NCBI GenBank assembly: GCA_030704615.1
Contig: CM060731.1
Coordinates: 43,152,001 to 43,216,000 of the forward strand
Direction: 5' to 3'
Source of the DNA: Takakia lepidozioides
Lineage: Eukaryota; Plantae; Bryophyta
Length of the DNA: 64,000 bases
Shown here: positions 1-10,904 of the stretch, piece by piece
Layout of the letters: every line of letters begins with the position of its first letter
Numbering within the stretch: the stretch's first letter is position 1
Position numbers and translations under genes: made by a program
Notes under the pieces: model-generated
Told to the model about the DNA's origin: nothing
What the model saw: the letters and a program-made list of their open reading frames with translations, nothing else
Database searches by the model: none

Positions 1-104
1 TTGCAGACATGGTGCATGGTGGCCTCCTTTGTTTTGTCCACGGTAATAGGCCCTCTTCCTGCAATCCTCGCCTATAGGACCTGCTTCTCCAGCAGATTCA
101 TGCC

Positions 105-200
105 GCTCACGCTTCCCTGAAGCGTGAGCTCAGCTCACGCTTCAAAGCTTGAACGTGAGCTCAGCTCCCAGGCTCACGGGGCTGGGCTCACGCCGTAGCT
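105..200. repeat. Tandem GCTCACG/CGTGAGC hairpin cluster
   Basis: GCTCACGCTTC-CCT-GAAGCGTGAGC (105-129) is a perfect 11-bp stem. An imperfect second copy follows at ~133-160, then further GCTCAC units. Confidence 0.75.
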
Positions 201-204
201 ACGC

Positions 205-2273
205 TGCTGTTTGATATAGTCAAGAAATTCATGTCCTTTTGGGTATTTTGACCTCATACGACGGATTCTCCTTGCAACCCACCGAAACGCTCTTTTCTCG
301 TTGCGTGGTCCCCCTCTACAGTACATGAGGTCTCCCATATCCTTCAACAAGTTTACAGCGGTCACCGGATCCTTCGTTTTCTTGCATGATTGCTTCACCT
401 ATGCCTTGCGGACATGCCAAAGGCAGAGGAAAATGAGCGGACTTGCCAGGGACGGCCGAGTGGACTTGGCAGCGGACGGCCGACCCCAGGGACTTCTGAG
501 TGGACTTGGCAGCGGACTTGACAGCGGACCACCAGTGGATTTGCCCAGCGAACTGCCATCGGGTTTCGCCACAGGAGTCTGCCAGTGGACTGTAGCAATG
601 GACTGCTGCAGTGGACCTCAACAATGGCCGGTGCTGTGGACCAACAGACTTACCAAATAGCGTTGATTTATGCTTTGGCATCGTCCACAATGAAGGCATT
701 GGGTCGCCAGCTCGGCAAATCTGCGGGGAGTGAATCGCGCAAGGCTCTCATCCACGGAACCAGGTCTCTTGTCCGATTCCTCGCGGATAGGATATATGCA
801 ACTGGCATACCGTTCAAGCACTCATCGAAGGCCATCAACGTGTACAATGGGAACTGTTCGAATGCACAATGTAAGATGGTCAGAGCATGCAAATTCCGCT
901 CAGTTCTGCACGAGAAGACTTCATAAGAGTGATGAGGTCTGCAGCGGTTCACAATGGGTCTGCCCCTCGGTCTTCCGCAACGTACACATGAAAACATACA
1001 GAAAGGGTCAGCACACCAAATTTTATGTGAATGTTGCATGGTACTATGCTATCATGCTCGTACAAGTCCATGGAATCGTTCGAATAATACGTTGTCATGA
1101 TTTGTCCCAAAGGTTGCATCACATGCAACGATACGGTCATGTCCTAGTTCCAGCATTCGTCGTTTCTGCCACGGAGTCTGTATGCCAATAGTGAATGTCA
1201 AATCTCCATCAAAATGCTCGAATGTTGGCTCTAATTTCTCCTCTTGATAGAAAAAATGGACGCAGGATTCTGGTCTCTCCACATGCGCACACTCTCTGCA
1301 TCATCGGCGTGCTTTTTGAAGGTTTGTCACGCACGTTTCTCGGCAAGGTTGCGAACATCTTGCTCCAACAAGAAATCATCGCGGGTCCATGCATCGCCCA
1401 AGCCGGTGTTGTTCATCACGTGCTCTTTATGCTCCATCATGATTTGGGCGACCGACAGGCCTCGGCACAAACACTCGACGACCCAGGCTTTCAATTCCTC
1501 GCTAATGTGTGGTGCATAGACGTGGCGGGTGTTCCTGAACTCTGCGGGCTTCCCATGCGAGGGTTTCCCTCTCGCATCTGTATGCTCCATGTTGTTGTTG
1601 TACGTGATGACACAAATGTCAGGGGCGAGATAGCATTGCTGGACCTTGAAACAGCATTGGCAACCACGTTTGTAAGACTCTCCATACTCCGACTTCTTTA
1701 TCTTTGGGCCTTTATGAGGGCAAGATGTTCCAGCACCCACAAGAGGTCCTCCACGCTTCTGTTTTGGATCCTCCACTATTGCCTTGTTGGTGCGCTTGTC
1801 ATCAGGACCGTAGCAGCATTGATACCTGGACAGAAAATTCTAAAATCGATATCCAACGACTTGAGGAAGCATAAAATCAGAGAACTCGTGAAACAAAAAA
1901 TGGCAACAGACATGCAATGAAACGTCAAAATGACTGAGGATGGTGCACACATAATACTGGACATAAATGTGTTGGCTCTGGGTGCTTTTCGCGAGCCGGG
2001 TTCCACTTTAGAATGGACATTCACCCAAAACTGAGTGGGGTAGTCCTCCAAACTCTCCTCTCCCAGGACGAAGTCACCAACTCTATCCCAAGGTATGCAG
2101 GCCTTTTCAACATTCACTCGCACACCCATAAACCCATATTGCGTCTCACTCTTCCAATGGAGATCCTTCCTGTTGAAGGGTCCTGGTTTTGCTATTTGCA
2201 AACATTGTTGAAGAGGCCGGATAAGCGGGCTTTCCGTGATCAGTACATCATCGGGTTTTGCTTCCACGTCCAT
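205..2273 (-). pseudogene. Intron-containing MULE-family transposase, similar to plant SWIM zinc-finger proteins At1g60560/At4g13970; disrupted
   Basis: Motifs IPWDRVGDFVLGE, KRGCQCCF, FFYQE...FTIGIQTPWQ...GHDRIVACDATFG, FPLYTLMAFD...PVAYI...WM...FIVDDA and FLCLWHVRKA* (CxxH; W codon is TAG). Stop at 1327, frameshift near 1285, reading frame breaks near 205. Confidence 0.8.
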
Positions 2274-2415
2274 GCCCTATACAATACAAATGACACGCTT
2301 CTGAACATGCAAGAAACGCGCCGCAGTACAGGACACGATCAACAACGTGCCAGGAGAAGTGCGCACGTTCGCGGCTGCTGGCAAGTGGCAGGCGGCAGGG
2401 ATGCAGGTTTGAATT

Positions 2416-2752
2416 GCAGCCCTAAAAATGGAGGGCTCGGATGGGTTATGGGAATGGACGGTGGCGATCCTGCGCCGTCAGCGGACTGGATGGCAGGGGA
2501 CTGGCGGGCAGACTGGCGGACTGGCAGACTGGCCAGCAGCGGACTGGCAGACTGGTGGGCAGCGGACTCATGGGCGGGGGACTGGCCGCGCGGCGGACGG
2601 GGGCGCGGGCGCAGTTGCTGCAGCCGTGCCCGCGGCTGGGCGACCGCGCGCAGTGGCGGGCGGGGTGCTGGGGAGCCGGGCGTCCGTGCGTGGGGCCCAT
2701 CGGCCTCATCGCACGTGCCCATTGAAGACCCTATTATCTTAAAATGAGAGGC
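2416..2752 (+). repeat. Long GC-rich MULE TIR (element 1)
   Basis: Close match to ~18696-19053 and to the reverse complement of 3776-~4206; internal GGCAGACT/GGCGGACT arrays. Confidence 0.9.
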
Positions 2753-3775
2753 TTATAATGTTGATCCAATGGCGCTTTCCAAGGATTCCTACTTTCCCAC
2801 GAGGGCCGATTTTTTTCAGGGAAAGCCTTAAATAGCGCCATGTGCAAAAGATGGGAACCTCACATATCTCCTTGTGATAAAGATCCGAACAACAAGATAG
2901 TCAATGGCAGACTCTGGACCTCGCTCTCAACATCTGTCACTGTTCAAGAAATCAGAGACTGTACTAAGAAGCTGAAAATATATCACAAATTCATTAGTGG
3001 AATTGGCCAATAAATTCAGAGCTACCGTACTTAACCATCCCAGTTCGATGGTTAAAAGACACCTGCATGTTACCTAGATTATAATGGAACTGAGAATCCA
3101 GTTCAAAATGTGAGACCTCAGGAAAATCTTCTAGTTAATCTTGTGTAGATGACCTGTTTAACGCAGAACATGACCATAAGAACGATAAGGTGGCAAACAA
3201 TATGCCTCTTGGGTTGGTTGTGGTCAAGTGAGTAAGGGTCAGATCCTGCTACTGCACTGAGGCCTCTCTTACGAACAGATGAATTTGCAACTGGCTGCAC
3301 GAGTTTCCTATCAAGTACAGACTTCCTGCGAACACAACAGTTAGAACTTGCAATGAGAGAACTCTACAGGGCAGAGAGAAACTTGACTAGTCTCATTCAG
3401 CTTGGCAGTATACCAGCCAAGGAGAAATGGGAGCAAGTCATGCCAGCTTATGGAATCAGTTATTCATGGAGTGTCCAACAGGGAGGTTGTATGCCAAACG
3501 TTGCCACTCTCATTGTCTTGCATGTAATTGTAGCTTCTCTTACATATGATCTGCTTGTCGTGGCAGTCACAAGTCAAGGAACCAAATAATGCTCCATATT
3601 CTTGTCAAGATGCCACTGAATTTGAAGATACATGAATGGATAACTTGAAGAAATAGCATGTTCTGCTGATATACCTGCTTCTATACAGAAGGAAGATTCT
3701 GAATGTTAATATCATGGTTCTCTGTTGGTGTTTAGTTGAGAAGATATACCTCTTTTGTATTTGGCTCATTAAAAT

Positions 3776-4237
3776 GCCTCTCATTTTAAGATAATAGGGT
3801 CTTCAATGGGCACGTGCGATGTGGCCGGTGGGCCCCGCGCACGGACGCCCAGCTCCCTAGCACCCCGCCCGCCCCGCCCGCCGCTGCACGCGGTCGCCCA
3901 GCCGCGGGCGCGGCTGCAGCATCCGCGCCCGTGCCCCCGTCCGCCGCGCGGCCAGTCCCCTGCCCATGAGTCCGCTGCCCTCTAGTCTGCCAGTCCGCTG
4001 CTGGCCAGTCTGCTGCTCAGCAGTCTGCCAGTCCGCCAGTCTGCCCGCCAGTCCGGTGCTGGCCAGTCCGGTGCCCAGTAGTCTGCCAGTCCGCCAGTCT
4101 GCCCGCCGGTCCGCTGGCCAGTCCGCTGCCATCCAGTCCGCTGACGGCGCAGGATCGCCACCGTCCATTCCCATAACCCATCCGAGCCCTCCAATTTTAG
4201 GGCTGCGAAAATGACAATGATCTTCCCACCAAATCCC
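3776..4237 (-). repeat. Left TIR of MULE 2
   Basis: Starts GCCTCTCATTTTAAGATAATAGGGTCTTCAATGGGCACG; reverse-complement match to 18664-19053. Confidence 0.9.
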
Positions 4238-4594
4238 TACACGCCCCCATGTGCATACGCTACCCATGGGTTCTTTTAACGAACTAAACTTGTGAAGGCT
4301 CTCATGAGGGATGCAGTACAAAGGGGCTAAACGTATCATGACGGATCACAAGCAGAGAACGTTATCGACGACAGATGTCCGCATTTTCCATATTTATGAC
4401 ATAGAACCAAACCATAAAACGAAGGTTCCCGAAAGCACAACAAGAAGGCAAAAATAGTGGAAGCATATGCACGATGGTGGCTGTAGTGCCGAGACAGTCC
4501 TCTCATGTTCAAGCACACGCTTCATCATCATCATGAACATCGTGCGCAAAAGAGGAACAGTCGCGTGCATGGAAATGCCTACTGCAACATCGGA
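4238..4594 (+). repeat. Subterminal direct repeat, copy 1
   Basis: Near-identical to 18255-18634 in the same orientation (TACACGCCCCCATG...GCAACATCGGA), with a ~22-bp deletion. Confidence 0.92.
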
Positions 4595-4760
4595 GCATGG
4601 AAAAATTGACACCATTGTGTCCATTGAGTTTAATGACAACATTACAAAACATGTCAGCACCCACAGTACACAAAAGTGCTCATCACCACTGGAATAGTAA
4701 GCGAAAAGACTCGCATTTTTTATTTTGGTACATAGACTTCACATGACAAGTACATCATAC

Positions 4761-5184
4761 TCATGAGAGCAGTTTCTCTACATTGTCCAACCCCCGCACG
4801 ATATACTGGGCACACTGCATTCGCTGCCCAAGTGCAAACTTGAAAGTAAACCAGTCCTTCGTGAAAGATATTCCTCTCTCTGGCTTTGCAGTCTTGGAGA
4901 CATTTGCTCTGACTTTTATCCACTCATAAAACACTTGAATGAATGACATGACGTAAAAGCCACACTCCCATCTGAATGGTTGCTGGGGCACATCAGGCGC
5001 GTGGAACTGAAATGCTTGGACAATCTCATGCCACTCTGGTGAGTCCATCGAGTACCCTAAGCACTCAGCATGAAGCTTCCGAATCCACCCTAGAACAAAG
5101 GGACATTTATGCAAGTCCCTGATAGAGTTGAGGTGAGTGTAACAGCCCTTGCGGAGGTCGATGATACAAACACTCCAGTGCCCC
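4761..5184 (-). CDS. Ulp1/C48 SUMO-protease-like gene, last exon (catalytic His, Gln and Cys motifs)
   Basis: Acceptor TTGCAG, then GHWSVCIIDLRKGCYTHLNSI...DVPQQPFRWECGFYVMSFI. Joins in frame to the exon ending at 16998 to give LVPIGDEGHWS. Confidence 0.85.
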
Positions 5185-5389
5185 CTGCAATGGTATCAAA
5201 CAACATGGCGTCATTGCACAATCATGATGGGCAGACTCAGGAGACTGACACTCAGCAGACCGACCACTCAGCAGACTCAATCTTCAAACCTAGTCCACTG
5301 CACAAATACAGAGGTCAACTTAATGGCTCAGAGTCAAGACGACACTGCGAAACCAGACCACTAGAAGAAAAAACGGCTTTTTCCACGGT

Positions 5390-6050
5390 TTTTTTCACCT
5401 TTTTTTCCGTGGAATCCGCCCCGGTCCACACCTGCCGTGGGTGTAAGAAACGACGAGTGCTTTCGGACACCCCGTGGACGGCCTGGCTCTCGGGTGGCCC
5501 TCTGGAGAAGTCCACGGGTGGCTGAATCCATGGGTGGCCTTTTTCACGGGGTTCATGGCTTTTTCCACGAGCGACGTGTGCTTTGGCGAACACTGCCACG
5601 TGGATCGTAGATGTACAAAGGTGTGGACTTGTCCACACCTATGGGAAAACCATGCGACTGCTTGTCACCAGGGTTTCACGACATCTGGGCAACGGTGTGT
5701 GCAACACGTGTATTTTTGTGGGGATGACACGTGTATGGAGACAAAGAGGCGATGTGCACTTATGTGGAACGGCCATCTGGCGTGGCATGTGGGTGTGAAA
5801 AAAACCATTCGGTGTGAGACCATCCACTGGCTGTTTTCACAGCTTCAACAAGTTTGGGGGCCACATGTTCCGTGGCAAACACCGCCACGTGGATCCTAAA
5901 CGTACAAAGGGTGTGGACTTGTCCACACCTACGGGAAAATGATGCGACACCCTGTTACCTGGGCTTGACGACATGTGGGCAACGGTATGGGCAACGCGTG
6001 TATTTTGGAGAGGACGGCACGTGGCGTAATCTGCATGGAGTGGGTGTGTA
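5390..6050. repeat. CACTA subterminal repeat region with a ~290-bp-spaced duplication
   Basis: CCACGTGGATC...GGTGTGGACTTGTCCACACCT...TGCGAC occurs at ~5596 and ~5885; many CCACG/CGTGG motifs. Confidence 0.8.
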
Positions 6051-8076
6051 GTATTTTACTGCCCATACTGTAGGTCATTCCACATAGCCACAGGAGCATA
6101 CCATAGTGGGTCTGAAATATTCTACTGCTGATGTTGTAGGTCATTCCACAAAAATGTGGAAGATGCCACAGGCAAGCTACGGTTGATTTCACATATTTGT
6201 GATGTCATGGTGTGCACAATTATTCCATAGGCATCATGATCATATCACAAATCGTGATACTGTCCACACTGTCAGTTTCACAGTCCATGTGAAATATGAC
6301 TCATATACATAAACACAATTCCAAAGCACTGCGGCAACAACCTGCTCATGACATGTACAATTGACTAAGCATGGCCAGAACAACAGAAAGAATGACCAGA
6401 TGCAAGGGTGCTTCAAAGTTGGGTGCGCCCTTCATTGCCCAAATAAAGTTTAGTCTGAACATGCAAGTATTGCAGAGTCTGCACTGCTGATCACAACCCC
6501 ACAATGTACCCAAATCCTACATTGATGCGCACAATAACGAAAAAAAGGTGAAATCGATATGAAGTGGCGTTCAGTTAAAATTGCCTTCAAATTGAGGATC
6601 CCACACAACCTCATGTTCGGGTCACTTTGAGGAACTTGGCAGACCACAGGGCCGTGCTGCCTACAGTGTCACTGAGCATCAGTTGGGGTATGGTAGAGCA
6701 ACATCTGCCCCATGTACTGATTCAACCGAGACAACATGATAATTGGCATGAACGACATAAGCCAGCCAGTCAGTCGACATGCCCAATATATGGCCCACGT
6801 CTGCCTTCCATTTGGGTGCATTAGGGTCAAACATTGTGACCTTGTCACCAACCTGAAACTGGGACAGCCAACACCACCAATGTGTGCCCTTGTCATTTGT
6901 TATGCACATGCAACAGTTATGGACAGGGAAAACGCGAGATGCCATCATATAGCCCTACAAACAAAATACGGATGTACTTCCACGAAGGAAAACTTACAAC
7001 AGGTGCCGGCGCTTTGAAGCTTCCCATACGGCTCCCATCAACGTTGCTGCCAGCAAGTCTTGCGGACTTCTTCCTCATATTCACCGCAACAATTTCCTTT
7101 GGTGGCTTCTGAATCAATAGAAACCCACACATGTACACAGAAGTCATGAACGGCCTGCAGGTATTGCATAATCGACTTGGAACAGCACAAGAATATAGGA
7201 ACACGAGTACTTACCTTCCGTACAACGGCCAATTTTGTTGTTGAATCAATGTTCTTCCCTGCCCCAACAATAACCACTCCTGTGCCCTTAGCCCCTGCCC
7301 CTATGTCTTGGGCACTCTGTCTAAGTTCACTGCCGGTGTGATCCTCCAGTACAGGCACTCCCTTCTCAATAAGGGGGGATAGGTCATCATTGGCACCATA
7401 ATTAAGGCAAGGATCGTCACATGCCATGTTCTGAACTTTGTCCTCACCTGTGCCATCTTCTTCCACAATACTGCCCCCTTTCCTTTGTCCACTGCCTCCA
7501 CTGCTAGGAGGCTGCTCACCTGTACTTGTCATTTCACAGTAGTCGCAGGTGGGACAACACCATGAACAGGGGGCGACAACTCACACACAATGTTTGATGT
7601 TGATGGAGATTCATCCCTCGGCAGGTCCAAACCGAGCTTCGCTCCCAATGCCATGTTGAACTTGTCTGTCTTAGATACTACAGCGGCAAATGGATTTCAC
7701 TACCTGCAATTCCAATTTGTGCTCCATTGAGCTGGCCTCCATTGTATGTTTCCATCCTTCCAAGCCATCAAGCCGAGAAGCCAATGCTCCAAGGCCCTGC
7801 CACAAAAAGAGTGCAAATACGATTCAATACATCTATTGCACTAGCTTTATTGGACAACAACACAGGAAGGCAAAACCATAAATAATTGACAAGCACATCA
7901 TTGCAACAAATGCAGGTGGGTTAGTTACTTACAGATCGGGTGGCCCCTGCTGAATCAGAACCATACCCCTTGTTGCTATTCTTGCTCCCCAAAATTTCGG
8001 ATAGAAGTGGAGGACGACCACTTGTCTTAGCCTACACATGGACAGGATATGGGAATATTAGTGCCATCCTCTAAGA

Positions 8077-10587
8077 TGTACTTATAAGACGTTGTTTGCC
8101 GTAGCCTTGTGGCCATTGACCCCGGGCCCAGTTTGAGCGGGAAAAAAAGGGACAGAACCTACCTCTGTCAGGGGCTGATGTTGGTAGTAAGACTTACCTC
8201 CATATAAAGAATTAATCCGGGTTTTCCAGATATCCTCTAGAAATCCCTTCACACAAGCATCAATCTGTTGTGTGTGATTTGCCCAAAAACTAGGCCTCAG
8301 GAGGGCCTGGGCTTTTGGCTCAGCCTCGAGACTTTCAAAGTTGGTAAACAGGGGTACAAGCACAATTCCCTTAATAGATTTGAAGAGAGCGTCTCTTTGG
8401 TGAGAGAACCCCGGACAGTGTATCAGAAAATGAATACTGTCTTCAGATTGCCCACACAACGGGCAATTGCACTCTCCCTTTCCTCTGTGCTTCTGTTTGC
8501 TGTTCAAAGGTAGGCTTCCTGCCCTGAGTTTAAATTTCAGTCTAGTGCCGAGAGTGGGTAGACCCTTGAGGTCATCCAAGATGTCCTCCCCCATGTCACA
8601 GACTGGAAACAAGTTCAGGGAAGTTTTCTGCCTAACTTCATTTTCATCAGACAATCTCATGGCAACAGACATGGCTGAGGACACTACAGCCTCTAAGTCA
8701 GATTTATCCAGCAGGGTCAAGACTTGCGGATCCAGGTCCAGGTCCTTGAGGATCTCTTCTACTCTCTTCTGCCAGGACTTAGCCTGTTTGACAGGGCGGT
8801 CCTGTTTCCAAGATATAGAGTCGATTAATTTAGGATATCTGGTGTTGGGCATATGTTGCAGCTGACCCCACCATCTGACCTTGAATTCATCTCATCGGGA
8901 GCTTAAGGACGGAATGCCAAACTCACCCCGAACAGCCACATTGGTTGTTTTGGAGCATGCTGACATACACTCCTTAAGCACCCCCACTTGAATGGATTCT
9001 AGAGACTTAGCCTGGTTGGAGTTATCAACCCATATAGCAGATCCGTACTCCAAGGCAGGTCTAATAACGCGACAAAGCATGGTTTTCTTAACCTCAGAGT
9101 TGACCCCTCTGCAGTGGAAAAATTTAGTGAGCCCCAGAGCTTTGCCCTTGCCCAGTTTGAACCACTTTCCGGATATGTGCATCCCAATTACAATTGGAGG
9201 AGAACTCAACGCCCAGGTAAGTGTAGGAAGGGAGGACCGGGATCTCTTGGCTACCCCACTGCCACTTAAGATCACTTCCTCCCTCTCCTCTGTCATTGAA
9301 TGCTACCACTGCACATTTGCTGACATTAGCCTCTAGCCCCCAAAGATCAAAGTATCTCTTCGCGCAATCAATCAACTCCTGGAGATTGGTTGGAGTCTCC
9401 CCTATGCCTGCGAAGTCATCCGCAAACATAAGGGCTGGTATGGTGGTATCACCCACCCTTAACCCAAATCCCTCACTTTCCACATCCTCGAGGAGTTGAT
9501 TGATGAAAACATTGAAGAGCAGAGGGGAGAGAGTACATCCTTGAGCTACACCTTGGTCTATGTCAAAGAAGTTGGACTTCTGTCCGTTAACAGTGACACA
9601 ACTTTTGGTGTGAGCATACAAGTTGTGGACAACTCTCCACATCTTTCCCTTGATCCCACAAGACCAGAGGCGGAACCATAGGCCATCTCTCCACACTCTG
9701 TCATAAGCCTTTTTGACATCCAGGAAAAAGACATAAGTGGGTTTCCCTTCTTTTTTCCTTCCCTGGATAATCTGGCTTAGAGTGAAGATATGATCCACAC
9801 AGCCCCTGTTTCGCCGAAAGCCAGCTTGGCCTTCGTGGAAACAACCTCTAGACTCCAGATCAACCTCGAGACGAGTACTTATAACTCTGCAGAATGTATT
9901 GCCAACAGCATTGAGGAGCGTGATGCCACGGTAGTTCCCCGGTTCTTCTCTGTCACCCTTCTTGTATAGATTGACAATGACCCCCTGTCGCCAGCGAAAG
10001 GGGATCATTTCAGTCTTCCAGATAAGGTTAAAGAGGAGAACTAGGGCCTCTATCATGGGATCGCCACCGTGCTTGATAAGCTCGTTGACAATACCATCAG
10101 GTCCACCAGCTTTATATCCATTTAAATGTTCAATTGCTTCCACAATCTCAGAAGAACTAATGGGAGCATTATAAGCCATTGAAATATACTCCAGTTCATC
10201 AGGGCTGTTTTGAATCATAGGAACAGTTTTTCCAACTGTGTCCCTCCATTCAGCAGAAGACCCCTCATTGTTAGACCTAGAAGTTCTACCAAGGATACTG
10301 TAGTGAGTTTCAAAGGTTTTGACAATGTCAACCGATGAAGTCACCACTGCACCTTTAGTAGTCTTCAGCGCTTGTACTTGCTGACCCGTGTAGGCATATT
10401 CTAAAGAGGGAAAGGCCCCAAGCTTTCCAACTAAATCCAATGCACTACCTTACCTGAAGCAAAGCGCTTCAGATTGAAACAAACAAGGACACAAGGTCAC
10501 AAGGCCGGCATTTAGTCACAGAGACATTAATGTACTCCCGTTTCAAGTCCACCCAATGTCAATAGGCTTCCTAGAGGACAGGGAGAA
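8077..10587 (-). mobile_element. 5'-truncated non-LTR retrotransposon (LINE family A; RTE/RTEX/L2-like) in the TnpA intron
   Basis: 15-bp TSD TGCCATCCTCTAAGA at 8062-8076 and 10588-10602. RT ORF present; no poly(A) tail. Confidence 0.93.
8082..10395 (-). pseudogene. LINE ORF2: reverse transcriptase plus C-terminal CCHC domain, frameshifted
   Basis: KAGGPDGI, NYRGITLL, QAGFR, FLDVKKAYDRV, GVAQGCTLSPLLF, MFADD, YTYLGV; C-terminal CPLCG...EDSIHFLIHC. Split over ORFs 9124-10440, 8892-9296 and 8082-8852. Confidence 0.93.
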
Positions 10588-10904
10588 TGCCATCCTCTAA
10601 GAGTAAGATACAAATGACAAGACACCTCACTACCTGAATATATTGGCAACGTCATGAGACAGGCAGATTTACCAAACGTTCCTCAACGCCGCTAAGGCCA
10701 CTGCGTCCAGATCTCAAAGGGGCACCAACATGCCCCCGTGCATGCTTGCCATTATCATGACTATTTTGCCATTCGGGCATGTTCCAATGCCTCACAAGTT
10801 CTGCCCAAGTCTTGTCCGCAACATAGTGGGGCTTAGGTTTAGCCACGGGAGTACACTTTTCTAAACAGTTTGATGCGCTGGTATTTAATGACGCCTCCAA
10901 TCTT

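Larger units (their letters stand above)
205..2752 (-). mobile_element. Mutator-like element (MULE) 1; right end and transposase visible, left end not seen
   Basis: Ends in ...CCCTATTATCTTAAAATGAGAGGC (2752), the same terminus as at 3776 (inverted) and 19053. A MULE-type transposase reads inward from this TIR. Confidence 0.8.
6600..10900 (-). pseudogene. CACTA TnpA/Ptta-like (Transposase_24-type) gene, 5'-truncated, multi-exon
   Basis: WAELVRHWNMPEWQ...ARGHVGAPLRSGRSGLSGVEERL (donor 10672) splices to AKTSGRPPLLSEI (acceptor 8032). Further exons at ~7800-7210 and ~7110-6680 (VVSVESVHGADVALPYPN); frameshifted. Confidence 0.7.

Noticed and set aside
1195-1920. 241-aa + strand ORF
   Set aside because: Antisense shadow of the MULE transposase exons.
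2013-4339. Multiple overlapping ORFs across the GC-rich TIRs (also 18545-19062)
   Set aside because: Low-complexity translations of repeat arrays that are open in most frames; no protein motifs.
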